Below, piece by piece: positions 27,413 through 37,100 of a stretch of 42,206 nt of DNA (its first letter is position 1; every line of letters begins with the position of its first letter). The notes under the pieces are model-generated. The model searched no databases. It was not told the origin of the DNA and saw only the letters and a program-made list of their open reading frames with translations. The stretch comes from a virus (lineage: Duplodnaviria; Caudoviricetes). Where the stretch lies: the IMG/VR virus record IMGVR_UViG_3300020592_000112, positions 1-42,206 of that record. One strand, written 5' to 3'. Made by a program: the position numbers and the translations under genes.

Positions 27413-27793
27413 TCACTGCGCATTCAGGCGCGCGGCGATCTTGGTCAGGGCCAGCTGCCAGCGCCGCCACGCTGTCGTGCGGTCGCAGCCGAGCTCGCCG
27501 CTGATCTGCTTCCACGGCACCCGGGCCGCGCGGGACCAGACCAGCTTGCGCTCCTCCACGCCGATCCAGAGTACCCAGTCCGAGGTCTGCTCCAGTCGAG
27601 TGATCGCGGCGGCCGAGGGCCAGACCCGCATCGGCTGCGGTTCCATCGCCGCGATCTCGCGGCTGGTCCGCACGATGTCGGGCCAGGTGTTGAAGTAGCC
27701 CTGCGCCTTCACCGGCGGCAGCTTTCGCAGGGTGCGGAACGCCTCCTCGAAATGATCGGCGACGCACTCGGCGGTCCATTCGCGATCAGCCAT
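27413..27793 (-). CDS. DUF6362-like HTH protein, probable late-gene regulator
   Basis: Start MADREWT; C-terminal sigma-region-4-like HTH (VPWKQISGELGCDRTTAWRRW); Q-like position before cos. Confidence 0.75.
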   Translation of the reverse strand: MADREWTAECVADHFEEAFRTLRKLPPVKAQGYFNTWPDIVRTSREIAAMEPQPMRVWPSAAAITRLEQTSDWVLWIGVEERKLVWSRAARVPWKQISGELGCDRTTAWRRWQLALTKIAARLNAQ

Positions 27794-27986
27794 GGCGCGC
27801 CTCCCTGTCAACCGGGCGCGGCCCGTAGAGCTTCTCGCCCAGCTGGCGGACCAGTTCACGCTCGGGCCAGGTGAGGCGGTCGTCATCCGCGGAGACCGCG
27901 AGGACGCCCTGGTCCTGCCAGCCCTCGCGTTTGACCTGCTCGGGATCCCGGCGTCGGCCGCCGTAGCCGTGGGGATGCCATCTCAT
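27786..27986 (-). CDS. Hypothetical phage protein
   Basis: 66 aa, overlaps both neighbours (coupled). Confidence 0.65.
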   Translation of the reverse strand: MRWHPHGYGGRRRDPEQVKREGWQDQGVLAVSADDDRLTWPERELVRQLGEKLYGPRPVDREARHG

Positions 27987-28522
27987 GCGACATCTCCCTT
28001 CGTCTCGATCGCCCAGAGCAGGATGGCGATGGCGTCCGCCTCGTTGTCGTCAGCCGGGCTGAAGCCGCGGGCGCGGACGGCGGCGACCATGGCGGCCTTG
28101 TCGGCGTTGCCCTTGCCGGTGGCGAAGCGCTTGATCGTGCCGACCGGGACGCCCTCGTAGGGCACGCCGCGCAGCTCGGCCCATGCGGTCAGCGTGGCCA
28201 TGAGCCCGCCGTAGATGTGGCTCGCGTCGGTGCCCGCGTGGCGGCGGACTTCCTCGAACCAGATCGCGGCGACGGGCCCCGACAGCCGGTCGATCTCGGT
28301 CAGCCAGTTGGTGAAGCGCAGATAGCGCATGCCGCCCCCGTCGAAGCGGCCGGGGCGCAGCGAGACGGTGCCGCTGGTGATCAGACCGTCATGGCCGCGG
28401 ATCGCCCAGCCTGTCGAGGTGCCGAGGTCGAGCGCGAGGATGCAGCGGTTGCGGGGCGTGTCGAGCGGCAGCGATTCAAACCTTGCGCCGTCGCAATTCG
28501 GGATCAGAGTCGGCTGAGCCAT
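27983..28522 (-). CDS. RuvC-like Holliday junction resolvase
   Basis: ILALDLGTSTGWA, FEEV, KRFATGKGNADK, DNEADA. Confidence 0.88.
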   Translation of the reverse strand: MAQPTLIPNCDGARFESLPLDTPRNRCILALDLGTSTGWAIRGHDGLITSGTVSLRPGRFDGGGMRYLRFTNWLTEIDRLSGPVAAIWFEEVRRHAGTDASHIYGGLMATLTAWAELRGVPYEGVPVGTIKRFATGKGNADKAAMVAAVRARGFSPADDNEADAIAILLWAIETKGDVA

Positions 28523-28653
28523 GATGGGTCTCCTTTGCCGGTGGCCTGTGGTGGTGGAAGACGACGGCGGTCTGGTGCTTGGCGGTACGGGGCCGCCGTC
28601 GTCGGATCGGGAAGCACAACAGACCGTCACGGCGGCGCGCGCGGCTGGCCCGG

Positions 28654-28883
28654 ACGTATGGGAGGAGTGGCCAACCCTGTGGGGTGGCCCTCCCATACGT
28701 AGTATGGGGGTTTGACACCTAACTGTTCCGGGGAGGACAAGTGGCTGAAATCATTACGGAATAAGACTTCATGAAGTCTTCGGGCATCAGTTAGGGACCT
28801 AACTCTTGTTTGCCCGTAACCCATTGATTTCGTTGAGTACACAGTTGGCGCTGTCATATGAGTCAGGCCTAACTCATATGAGT
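28654..28883. other. Putative replication origin (palindromes, CCTAACT repeats, IHF site)
   Basis: IR 28654-28665/28689-28700; palindrome AAGACTTCATGAAGTCTT at 28763-28780; AGTTAGG-GA-CCTAACT at 28789-28804; IHF consensus at 28817-28829; at the 3' end of the primase-helicase. Confidence 0.6.
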
Positions 28884-31184
28884 GAGGTCGTCCTCCAGCC
28901 CCTCCGGGTAGACCCAGACGGCGGGGTTTTCGACCTGCAGGCAGAGCCCGGATTGGGGGCATTTGAAGTGGCTGGGCAGGACCGGACGGGCGGTTGTGGC
29001 GACCTCGCCGGTGGCCGGATCGACATGATCGGCGGGTGCGCCGAACTGCATGCCCTCGACGCAGAGGTAGCCGAACCGGGACCGGGTGACGGGGAAGCCG
29101 AACCCCGAGGGATCGCGCAGGAACTTCACGAAGCCCTTGGTCGCCAGCACGCTGAGGCGCTCGCGGATCGTATGCTTGCTGCCCAGACCGCCCCGGTTCT
29201 CGAAGGTCTCGGCGAACTGCATGGCGGTGTACAGGCGCTCGCTCGCCGCCTCATCCAGCAGCATTCCGAGGATGACATCGTGCTTGCGGAGCCGTTCGGC
29301 ATCGAGTTTGGTGCCGACCTCCTTGCGCACCAGGCGCTCGTTCATCGGGTTCAGCTCGACCCATTCGCCCTTCACCTTGTCGATCAGCTTGCCCGGCAGC
29401 GCGGGGCCGTTCCGCAGCTCGATCTCCAGCCTGCGGACGGAACTGTCCTCGTCGGGCCGGTGCATGAGCAGCCCCGAGGTATAGAAACCGCGCAGCGCGC
29501 TGGCGCCGGAGAGGGCGAGGAAGGGGTCGTCCTTGACCTGATGCTTGGTGGCCTTGCGGGTGTGGTGGGCGAGGATGACGCCCGCGTCCGGATTGACCGC
29601 CTCCCGCAGGAGCTCCACCCGGTCCTTCAGGAAGAACATCATGGCGGTGTTGTCGTTTTCGCCGCCGCCCTCGGGGCCGCCGTCGAAGAGATTGCGGATC
29701 GGGTCGATGACGAGGATGTCGGGCGGCGCGTCAGGGAATGCGGCCCGGATCGCCTCGGCCACGCGGGCGACGCCTTCCGCGTCGAGCAGCAACTTCAACT
29801 TCGGCGTGGCGATGAATGTGTCGCGCGCGGCCGCGATCACGGCGGCGGGCAGCGCGATCTGCTGCATGCGCTCGCGCAGGTAGTGATACTGGATCTCGGC
29901 CTGCAGATAGAACACGCGCAGCGGCCGGGGCGGCGTGAAGCCGAGGAACGGCACGCCAGCGGCCATGTGGACGAGCCAGGAGATCAGGAAGTCGCTCTTG
30001 CCGACCTTCGGCGCGCCCCCTATCACCAGGAGCCCGCCCGGGGTCAGCACGCGCGGCCCGATGACGTCCTCAGGCATGGGGCTCGTGTCGTCGAGCAGAG
30101 CGCCGAGGGTGAAGGTCGGCAGCGGGCTCGTCGGGGCATTGGCAGTGGCTGCGCACAGGAGCGGCGGCCCGTTGCGCTTCACATGCAGCTCCCAGAGGCG
30201 TTCTGACTCGGCCATCAGCCGACCGAGCGGCCAGGACGGGCGCAGCATGGCGGCGTTGTAGCCGCAGATCGCTTCCCAGCCTGCGAAGGGGTCGAGGCGG
30301 CCCTCGTGCACCAGGCGCACGTAATGGCCGATGGCGGCGCTGGCCCCCTGGAAGCGGGACCAGTCGTCGACCGCGCCCTCGCGCACCGGCGTGGTGAGCA
30401 CCGCGTCGATGCCGGGCTTGGCCTGCGGGGCCGAAACGTCGCTGGCGAAGCCCACGCCGGGCAGCGGGGGCATCTCGGCGACCTTCTCGGCGAAATCCGC
30501 GAGGTCAACCTCGAGGTCGCGATGTTCGCGGATCTGCACGAGGCGCTGGTGGCCGTGCTTGTGATAGACGGTGCCGGGCACCCGGATCGGCTGGTGCGCC
30601 GAGCGGAAATGCGTGTCGCCGCCGACCTTCACGGCGATCTCGCCTCGCAGGCGGCAGAGGGTGACCAGGTCGTCGCTCTCGGCGGGTTCGGTCAGTTTCC
30701 ACCAGACATGGAGTTTCGCCGCGCCCTCGGGCGTGCGCCCGCCGCTTTCGATGATGAGCGTGGGCGCGCCGAGGTGGCGGGTGACATGGTCCAGCTTGGC
30801 CGGGATGTCGCCCGCATCGAGATCGACGACGATGGCCTGCATCTGCAGCACGTCGGCGGCGCGGGCCTGGCCCTGTTCCTCGACCGTGCCGGGAATGACA
30901 TAGACGGCGGCGCCCTCGCGGTTCGCCCATCCGGCGAAGGTTGCGAGTTTCTCGGGCGCAGTGTCGTCGGCCGGGATCCAGATGTTGTGCGGCTTGCCGT
31001 CCCGGCCCTGACCCTTGTCGACGAAGCCGCGGAGCGGGATCAGCCCCTCGCACCAGCTGAACACGGTATCGAGGAAGGCGGCGATCTGGTCGGGGTCGGG
31101 GTCGCAGCCGAAGGGGTTCTCGGACGGCGGCCCGTCGTTGAAGTCCATCCACGGGTTGAAGTGCAGGATGCCGTCGTCGCTCAT
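28869..31184 (-). CDS. Primase-helicase (RepB'-like AEP domain plus AAA_25/RepA helicase)
   Basis: Start MSDDGIL (ATGA overlap); VVDLD and SGG...KLHVWW primase motifs; GAPKVGKS, LVIDP, LAHHTRK, SGASAL. Confidence 0.88.
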   Translation of the reverse strand: MSDDGILHFNPWMDFNDGPPSENPFGCDPDPDQIAAFLDTVFSWCEGLIPLRGFVDKGQGRDGKPHNIWIPADDTAPEKLATFAGWANREGAAVYVIPGTVEEQGQARAADVLQMQAIVVDLDAGDIPAKLDHVTRHLGAPTLIIESGGRTPEGAAKLHVWWKLTEPAESDDLVTLCRLRGEIAVKVGGDTHFRSAHQPIRVPGTVYHKHGHQRLVQIREHRDLEVDLADFAEKVAEMPPLPGVGFASDVSAPQAKPGIDAVLTTPVREGAVDDWSRFQGASAAIGHYVRLVHEGRLDPFAGWEAICGYNAAMLRPSWPLGRLMAESERLWELHVKRNGPPLLCAATANAPTSPLPTFTLGALLDDTSPMPEDVIGPRVLTPGGLLVIGGAPKVGKSDFLISWLVHMAAGVPFLGFTPPRPLRVFYLQAEIQYHYLRERMQQIALPAAVIAAARDTFIATPKLKLLLDAEGVARVAEAIRAAFPDAPPDILVIDPIRNLFDGGPEGGGENDNTAMMFFLKDRVELLREAVNPDAGVILAHHTRKATKHQVKDDPFLALSGASALRGFYTSGLLMHRPDEDSSVRRLEIELRNGPALPGKLIDKVKGEWVELNPMNERLVRKEVGTKLDAERLRKHDVILGMLLDEAASERLYTAMQFAETFENRGGLGSKHTIRERLSVLATKGFVKFLRDPSGFGFPVTRSRFGYLCVEGMQFGAPADHVDPATGEVATTARPVLPSHFKCPQSGLCLQVENPAVWVYPEGLEDDLTHMS

Positions 31185-31951
31185 GCGGGAAGCCTCCAGC
31201 AGCGCTCGGACCACGGGCAGAAGCGGCATTCGAAGAAGTCGGGCGTGGTGGCGACGCGCGGCAGAAGCTCGCCTGCTTCGGTCGCCTGCAGGATCCGCAC
31301 GCCCCTGTCCGACATGCGCTGCGCGAGATCGGCGTCGAAAGGCACCAGTTCGTGGTGCAGCTCGGCCGTGTCCTTGTTGATCGCGGTGAACACGGCACGC
31401 GCGGCGCTGATGCCGGGCACGCTGGTTTCCATGTAGGCCTGATAGAGCGCGATCTGCGCGGCGTAGACCGGCTTCGACCTGGTCACGCCGTCCTTGACGC
31501 AGGCGCGCCAGTTCTTGGCGTTCATCGTCTTGCATTCCCAGAGGGCGGGAACGGCCAGACCGAAGCCTTCGGGCCCCGCAGCGATGATGCCGTCGACATG
31601 ACCGCGGATGCGCCCGCCCGCGACCGAGAAGCCGAACTGGCCGCCATCGGGCCGGTTGCCCTTGCGGGTGTAGACATCGAAGCCCGCGCCGCGCAGCCAG
31701 GCGACGGCCAGATCCTCGAGCGCGTGGCCGATCGCGAAGATGCGCAGCGACTGGCCGCTGAAGTCCTGGCCCTCGTCCTTCGGCGTGGCCGTGAATTCGA
31801 ACTGCAGGGCGCGCTCGCAGGCATGGCCGAGGCGCGAGCCGCCGAGATAGTCGCGCGGCGGCCGCGTCGCCTGATCGGCGGTGAGCGCCTGATCGACGGC
31901 AGCGTTGACCCGGTCGGCGAAGCTGGGGCGATGATTGTAATCGAGGGTCAA
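31181..31951 (-). CDS. Cas4-like PD-(D/E)XK exonuclease
   Basis: C.R, G...E, GHVDG, WECKT, Q...Y, C-terminal CRFCPWSERC. Confidence 0.85.
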   Translation of the reverse strand: MTLDYNHRPSFADRVNAAVDQALTADQATRPPRDYLGGSRLGHACERALQFEFTATPKDEGQDFSGQSLRIFAIGHALEDLAVAWLRGAGFDVYTRKGNRPDGGQFGFSVAGGRIRGHVDGIIAAGPEGFGLAVPALWECKTMNAKNWRACVKDGVTRSKPVYAAQIALYQAYMETSVPGISAARAVFTAINKDTAELHHELVPFDADLAQRMSDRGVRILQATEAGELLPRVATTPDFFECRFCPWSERCWRLPA

Positions 31952-32358
31952 AACGGCACCTCCGGCGTCTGCGCCCGGGCGATGTCGGACATGGCCTCGC
32001 GGAAGCCCTCGACGGCTTCCTCGATCAGCGCGCGCACCTGCGCCTCGGACAGATCCGAAAGCGGGGTGGCCCAGCCGATCTCGTCCATCAGCAGCGCGAC
32101 GCGCTTCATGGTGGCGGTGATCGCGGCGCGCTCCTCCTCGGTCAGGTCAACCATGGCGAAACGCTCCCGCGCCAAGCGCGTCCAGAAGGACTGGCAGGGC
32201 ATCGAGCAGAACCAGACCGATGGCCGGGGCCGCTTCGAACGGTGCGGATCGAACCAGCCAAAACCACGGGTGGGTTGCCGGCAGACAGCACAGAGCGTCC
32301 CACGCGGATGCCAGAGCCGCCGCCGGTCCTCGGCGGTGATGGGGGTGGATGTGGGCAT
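31948..32358 (-). CDS. DUF6511-like zinc-binding phage protein
   Basis: CAVC...FCSMPCQ, MVDLTEEE, EVPF end. Confidence 0.7.
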   Translation of the reverse strand: MPTSTPITAEDRRRLWHPRGTLCAVCRQPTRGFGWFDPHRSKRPRPSVWFCSMPCQSFWTRLARERFAMVDLTEEERAAITATMKRVALLMDEIGWATPLSDLSEAQVRALIEEAVEGFREAMSDIARAQTPEVPF

Positions 32359-32361
32359 GGG

Positions 32362-34050
32362 TCATGCCGCCCTCCGTTCGGGAGAGGCCGCCGTGTCGAT
32401 CAGCTGGCGGATGGCGCGCTTGTTGAAGCCGAAGGTCATCAGCGCCGAGGCGCGGTAGCGCGTCAGGCCGAAGTCGTGGCGGCACTCGGGCGGCAGGTAC
32501 TGCAGCTGCTTCTCGGTTGGCGGCTGGCGGAGCCAAGAGCGGGTCTTGAAGGCGCTCTCGTCGGTCTCGTGCGTGTTCAGCCAGTCGTCGGCCTGCGCGA
32601 GGCAGACCGTGCGCTCGCCCACGCCGAGCAGATGCGGGCGTTCGCCCTTCGCCCCGCCGATGGCGTACCAGACCCCGTCCAGCCAGAAGATGCCGCCCCA
32701 GGCTGCGAAGCCCGTGGCCATCAGCGCGTCGTCCGTGCCGTAGAGGTCGACCCACGCGAAGCTGGACCGCTTCAGCAGGTCGATCTCGGTCATCATGAAG
32801 CCAGAGAGCGGCGCGGCGGCCCCGCCTTCGCCCTCATCCAGATCCTCGCGCGGGAACGCCTCACCGCAGAGCGGGCACTCGGTGGCGGCCCGCGGGATAT
32901 CGGCGCCGCAGCCGGGGCAGGATTTCGTCGGGGCTTCACCAGCCTCGGTCTTGCCGTCGAGATCGACATCCTGTTCCAGCGTGCCGTGGATCAGGCTCGA
33001 CGTCCCGAAGTCCAGCACGACGCAGTCGGTCTTGACGATGCCGGGGTGTTCCTCGGGGTCGACGGTGCGCAGGCCGCGCCCGACCATCTGGATCATGGTG
33101 GACTTGTAGGAACTCGGTCGCAGCAGCACGACGCAGGAGGTGGGCGGATGGTCCCAGCCCTCGGTCAGCACCGCGACGTTGACCACGACGCGGATGTTGC
33201 CCGCCGCGTAGTCGGCGAGGATCGCCTTGCGGGTCTCGGCCGCCAGATCGCCATGGATCAGGGCTGCGGAAACGCCCGCTGCCCTGAACGCCTCGGTGAC
33301 GTGTTCGGCATGCGCGACGGTGGAGCAGAAGACCACGGTCTGCCGGTCGCCCGCCTTTTCCTTCCAGTGGCGGATCACCTCGTCGGTGACGGGGGCGCGG
33401 TCCATGATGCCCGCCACCTCCGCCATGTCGAAATCCGACATGGTCTTGCGGACCGAGCGCAACTCGTCCTGCACGCCCACGTCGATGACGAAGGTGCGCG
33501 GCGGCACCAGGTGGCCCGAGGCGATCAATTCGCCCAGCCGCACCTGGTCGGCGACATTGTCGAAGACCTCGCGCAGGCCCTTCCTGTCGCCCCGGTTCGG
33601 CGTCGCCGTGACCCCGAAGATGCGGGCATCGGGATTGGCCTCGCGCACCCGGTCGATGATGCGGCGATAGCTGTCGGCGACGGCATGGTGCGCCTCATCC
33701 ACGACCAGCAGGTCGAGACGCGGCATGTCGGCAAGGTTCGAAGCCCGTGCCAGCGTCGGCACCATGGCGAAGGCGACCTGGCCGCCCCAGGACTTCTCCG
33801 TGGCGTCGATCACCGATGTGGCGACATCCGGCACCACGCGCTGGAACTTGGCGCGGTTCTGCGCCGTCAATTCGTCGCGATGGGCGAGCACGCAGGCCTT
33901 GGCCCCGTCGCCGATCATCTCGCCGGTGACAGCCGACAGCATGATGGTCTTGCCGGCGCCGGTGGGCGCCACGCCCAGCGTGTTGCCACGGGAAGCGAGC
34001 GCAGCCACGCTGCGCTCGACGAAGGTCTTCTGGCGGGGGCGCAGGCGCAT
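32362..34050 (-). CDS. SF2 DEAD/DEAH-box helicase
   Basis: PTGAGKT, DEAHH, TAT, QMVGRGLR, C-terminal Zn ribbon. Confidence 0.93.
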   Translation of the reverse strand: MRLRPRQKTFVERSVAALASRGNTLGVAPTGAGKTIMLSAVTGEMIGDGAKACVLAHRDELTAQNRAKFQRVVPDVATSVIDATEKSWGGQVAFAMVPTLARASNLADMPRLDLLVVDEAHHAVADSYRRIIDRVREANPDARIFGVTATPNRGDRKGLREVFDNVADQVRLGELIASGHLVPPRTFVIDVGVQDELRSVRKTMSDFDMAEVAGIMDRAPVTDEVIRHWKEKAGDRQTVVFCSTVAHAEHVTEAFRAAGVSAALIHGDLAAETRKAILADYAAGNIRVVVNVAVLTEGWDHPPTSCVVLLRPSSYKSTMIQMVGRGLRTVDPEEHPGIVKTDCVVLDFGTSSLIHGTLEQDVDLDGKTEAGEAPTKSCPGCGADIPRAATECPLCGEAFPREDLDEGEGGAAAPLSGFMMTEIDLLKRSSFAWVDLYGTDDALMATGFAAWGGIFWLDGVWYAIGGAKGERPHLLGVGERTVCLAQADDWLNTHETDESAFKTRSWLRQPPTEKQLQYLPPECRHDFGLTRYRASALMTFGFNKRAIRQLIDTAASPERRAA

Positions 34051-34064
34051 GGCCGGGGTCCCCC

Positions 34065-34688
34065 TTACTGCGCCCAGCTCGGCCGACCGGCGGCGCCGGG
34101 GGCGGACGCGGACTGGCTGGGCTGGGTGGCCGTGGCGGGCTGCTGCGGGGCCTGGCCCTGCGCCGGGGCGGCGGTGAACTGCGGCGCGAGCGTGCCCATC
34201 AGCGCGGCGTAGTCGCGATGGTCGGGCGTGACGGCAGCGCGGATCTCGTTCTTGTCCTCGCCATTGGTGTCGGTGCCGATGTCGATGCGGGCGATGAACT
34301 CGACCCCGTCGAGATCGCCGAAGCCGTTGATGCGGCGGCGGGCCTGCGCCTCGGGTGAGTTGTCCTTGTCGGACACGCCGCGCGCCGAGTTCAGGATGCC
34401 CCGGATCAGGCCGCGCCCCATGTTGGCCCAGTCCGGGCCCCTGGGGCTGTAGAGGCCGATCAACGACCAGACCTTCCGCCGGGCATAGGGCCCCTCGAGC
34501 ACCGTGTACTCGGCGTCGAGGTAGACGGCGCCGGTGGCCGCGCGGCGCGCCCAGCCGCCGGTCCAGCCCTGCGAGGGGTCGTCGAAGCCGCCCGGGCGCA
34601 GGGTGAGCCGCACCTTGGCGAGGGTGCCCTTCGGGATGACGCTGGTGTTGGATTGAGCGGAGTTGAAGTCGTTCCAGGGTCCGGACAT
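34065..34688 (-). CDS. ssDNA-binding-like protein
   Basis: Start MSGPWNDFN after AAGGAG; IPKG, YLD.EYTV.EGPY..RKVW, KNEIR, flexible tail ending PSWAQ; follows the Sak4-like gene. Confidence 0.7.
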   Translation of the reverse strand: MSGPWNDFNSAQSNTSVIPKGTLAKVRLTLRPGGFDDPSQGWTGGWARRAATGAVYLDAEYTVLEGPYARRKVWSLIGLYSPRGPDWANMGRGLIRGILNSARGVSDKDNSPEAQARRRINGFGDLDGVEFIARIDIGTDTNGEDKNEIRAAVTPDHRDYAALMGTLAPQFTAAPAQGQAPQQPATATQPSQSASAPGAAGRPSWAQ

Positions 34689-34739
34689 TGCGCGGCTCCT
34701 TTCAGTTGGAGGATGGGACGCGCAGCGGCGTCGGAAGGG

Positions 34740-34769
34740 AAAAGCCACCCCGGCGACCGGATCGGGACA
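34740..34769 (-). promoter_or_regulatory. Phage sigma-type promoter, copy 1
   Basis: TGTCCCG-N14-GTGGCTTTT, about 50 nt upstream of the SSB-like start. Confidence 0.7.
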
Positions 34770-34789
34770 CCGGGCGTGGCGAGAGGCGC

Positions 34790-35668
34790 TCAGCCATGGC
34801 TGGGCTCCTGCGCGGGGGCGGGATCGGTGGGCGCCACCGGCGGCCAGGTCAGGCGTTCGGAGGCAGGCGCTGCGGGGCGCTGGATCTTCTCCATCAGCCT
34901 GCCGAGATGCGGGGCCTCGACCATGTCGAGGCGGCCGGAGCGGTCCTTGGCCGGAAAGCCCCAGGGATTCAGCGTCTGGCAGACAAAAGCGCGCTGCGGC
35001 TGACCCTCGGGGCCCGGGATGTCGGCCATGGCGATGACCTGATCGACGATCCCGGGCAGCTCGAGACCGGTCTTCGAGCCGTCGATCTGCGGTTGGAAGA
35101 CCTTGCGATTGAAGTCGTCGAGCTTCTCGTCGAGGATCCCGACGAACCAGACATGCTTGCCGCGCGTGTGCTGCAGGTGGGTCAGCCAGGCGATCATCTC
35201 GCGGCCGTGCAGACCGTAGGCGCCACGGATGTCGGGCTTGCCGGTCTTCTCCGAAAAGGCTTCAGGCTGGCCGCGGCACCACTGGAAGCAGAGACGTCCC
35301 GCGACGGTTATCGAGTCGATGAAGACGGTCTCGTATTTCCCCATCACCGCGGGATCGCCGTAGCGGCCGCAGACCTCGTCGAAATGCGCCTGGCTGTAGG
35401 GCTGGTCCTCGCGCAGCGCCGGGTTCGGGCCGCCGATGAACACCGCGAAATCGCGGCACTCCTTCCAGGTGCGGGGCCGGAGCATGTCGATCTCCAGCCC
35501 CTCGACCGCCAGATCTCCGGCCTCAAGGTCGAGGAAAAGCGTGGTGGAGGCGTTCAGCGTCCAGAGCAGCGACGTCTTGCCGATTCCGGACCGGCCGAAG
35601 ATGACGCCCTTTATCCCCTTGCGCTGCGCGAGCCGTTCATCAGCGCTGATAATCGGGAGGGCCATCAC
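34790..35668 (-). CDS. Sak4-like AAA ATPase / recombinase
   Basis: GRSGIGKT, DLEAG, VFIDSIT, AKDRSG. Confidence 0.85.
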   Translation of the reverse strand: MMALPIISADERLAQRKGIKGVIFGRSGIGKTSLLWTLNASTTLFLDLEAGDLAVEGLEIDMLRPRTWKECRDFAVFIGGPNPALREDQPYSQAHFDEVCGRYGDPAVMGKYETVFIDSITVAGRLCFQWCRGQPEAFSEKTGKPDIRGAYGLHGREMIAWLTHLQHTRGKHVWFVGILDEKLDDFNRKVFQPQIDGSKTGLELPGIVDQVIAMADIPGPEGQPQRAFVCQTLNPWGFPAKDRSGRLDMVEAPHLGRLMEKIQRPAAPASERLTWPPVAPTDPAPAQEPSHG

Positions 35669-35961
35669 CGGCCCTCGCGCTTGACGGCCGTCGCGACTGC
35701 GCGGTCGGCACCGATTCCACCCGCCTCGCGGGCGAGCTTGTAGAGGCGCTGGAGCGCATTGGACCGCCGATATGCGGCCATGCTCTCCTGTTCGGCCGCG
35801 ACGATCGCGAAAGCTATGTCGTCGATGGTCGCGTCCGCGAGCAGCAGCGGTTCGTGACCCTCGTCACCAGGATGTTGAGGGATGGTGATGGTGTCGGGGA
35901 GATCTTCGAGGCTGTAGTGCGCCTTGCGAAGACGGGTGATGTCGTCCGGCTGGTCCGGCAT
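35665..35961 (-). CDS. Hypothetical phage protein
   Basis: Start MPDQPDD after GGAGA (alternative coupled ATG at 36000); ATIDDIAFA. Confidence 0.65.
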   Translation of the reverse strand: MPDQPDDITRLRKAHYSLEDLPDTITIPQHPGDEGHEPLLLADATIDDIAFAIVAAEQESMAAYRRSNALQRLYKLAREAGGIGADRAVATAVKREGR

Positions 35962-35999
35962 GGCGGTTCTCCGTGGGATGAGGTGATCGAGGAGGCGCA

Positions 36000-36194
36000 T
36001 CACGCGGCCTCGCGGACGTCGGGCGCGGGCTCGGCGACGTAGATCGCCAGCAGCGGCGTCCCGTCGGCATGGGCGCCGGCGTCCTCGATCTGATAGTTGC
36101 GGTTGGGCTCGCAGACCTCGGTAAGCTCCCAGCGCCGGTAGAGCCCCGGAAGACGCCTGAAATCCTCGAGCGACAGATCGGCAGTGCGGTTCAT
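36000..36194 (-). CDS. Hypothetical phage protein
   Basis: 64 aa; first gene after promoter copy 2; coupled to the next ORF. Confidence 0.6.
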   Translation of the reverse strand: MNRTADLSLEDFRRLPGLYRRWELTEVCEPNRNYQIEDAGAHADGTPLLAIYVAEPAPDVREAA

Positions 36195-36243
36195 GCGTGT
36201 CTGCTTTCGGTTGGAGGGAAGGCGCTCGGGGCGCTCGAAAGGG

Positions 36244-36273
36244 AAAAGCCACCGGCCGGGCCGGATCGGGACA
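36244..36273 (-). promoter_or_regulatory. Phage sigma-type promoter, copy 2
   Basis: TGTCCCG-N14-GTGGCTTTT immediately after the sigma stop codon. Confidence 0.7.
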
Positions 36274-36278
36274 TCGGG

Positions 36279-37001
36279 TCAGGGGATTTCCTTGAGGGCG
36301 TCGTGCAGCCGGCGCATGGCGCGCTGATACCGCTTGCGGGCGGCGGCCTCGGTCAGCCCCAGTTCGACGGCGACCTCGGCCTGCGAGAAGCCCTCGATCG
36401 CTACGCGGATCACCAGCAGGGCGTCGTCGCCGAGCAGCTTCCGCACGGCGCCGTTCAGCCGCGCGTACCCGGCCGCGCCAATCCCGCTTTCGCCGCTGTC
36501 CGCCACCTCGTCTGGGTCGGCGCCGCTGGCGAGATATTCGCGTGCCTGGTCGCGCTGGCGCGTGCGGATCAGGTCGCGCTCGACGTTGCGCAGGACCGTG
36601 GCCGCGATCCAGTTGACGCGCCCGAGGTCGAGCCCGCGCACCGCCTCGGTGGTGCGCGCCAGAACGTCGGACGCGACCTCTTCGGCGGTGCCGATCCTGC
36701 GCCAGATCGACCGGCGGCGGATGGCGTCGAGGCCGGGCCAGAGCGCCAGCAACAGCAGCGTCAGGGCGCAGTCGGACGCGGGCCCGTCGCCCTGCGCCGC
36801 CCTGACGAGAGCGGAGAGGATCAGGTTTTTCTGGCCCTGATCGCCGGGCGTGCGATGGAGCCCGTCCAGCAGGGCCGCCGGATCCCGGAACGCCGCAAGG
36901 GCGGCCTGTTCACGCCTGACGGCGTCGAAGCTGCGCTGGAAGTGAAGGTTGGAGGATGAATGCATGAGGTGATCACGGATCTCGTGCCACGCGAAGGACA
37001 T
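36279..37001 (-). CDS. Sigma70-family (ECF-like) RNA polymerase sigma factor
   Basis: Region-2-like helices (ALWPGL...AEEVASDV...IAATVLRN); region 4 HTH GFSQAEVAVELGLTEAAARKRYQRAMRRL. Confidence 0.8.
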   Translation of the reverse strand: MSFAWHEIRDHLMHSSSNLHFQRSFDAVRREQAALAAFRDPAALLDGLHRTPGDQGQKNLILSALVRAAQGDGPASDCALTLLLLALWPGLDAIRRRSIWRRIGTAEEVASDVLARTTEAVRGLDLGRVNWIAATVLRNVERDLIRTRQRDQAREYLASGADPDEVADSGESGIGAAGYARLNGAVRKLLGDDALLVIRVAIEGFSQAEVAVELGLTEAAARKRYQRAMRRLHDALKEIP

Positions 37002-37030
37002 CGGACGCCTGCCTTGCGGCCAGGCGTCCG
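37002..37030 (-). promoter_or_regulatory. 10-bp stem-loop abutting the sigma start codon
   Basis: CGGACGCCTG (37002-37011) pairs with CAGGCGTCCG (37021-37030); ATG at 37001. Confidence 0.6.
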
Positions 37031-37100
37031 GCGCCTTCTCGTGGCCAGGTCAGGACGTCGCGCGTCTCTGCGATTTCAGGGGGTTGGGCGAAAGCGCGCG

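Noticed and set aside
31181-31951. CRISPR-Cas locus suggested by the Cas4-like gene
   Set aside because: No repeat-spacer array or other cas genes; the gene sits in the Sak4/SSB/helicase module.
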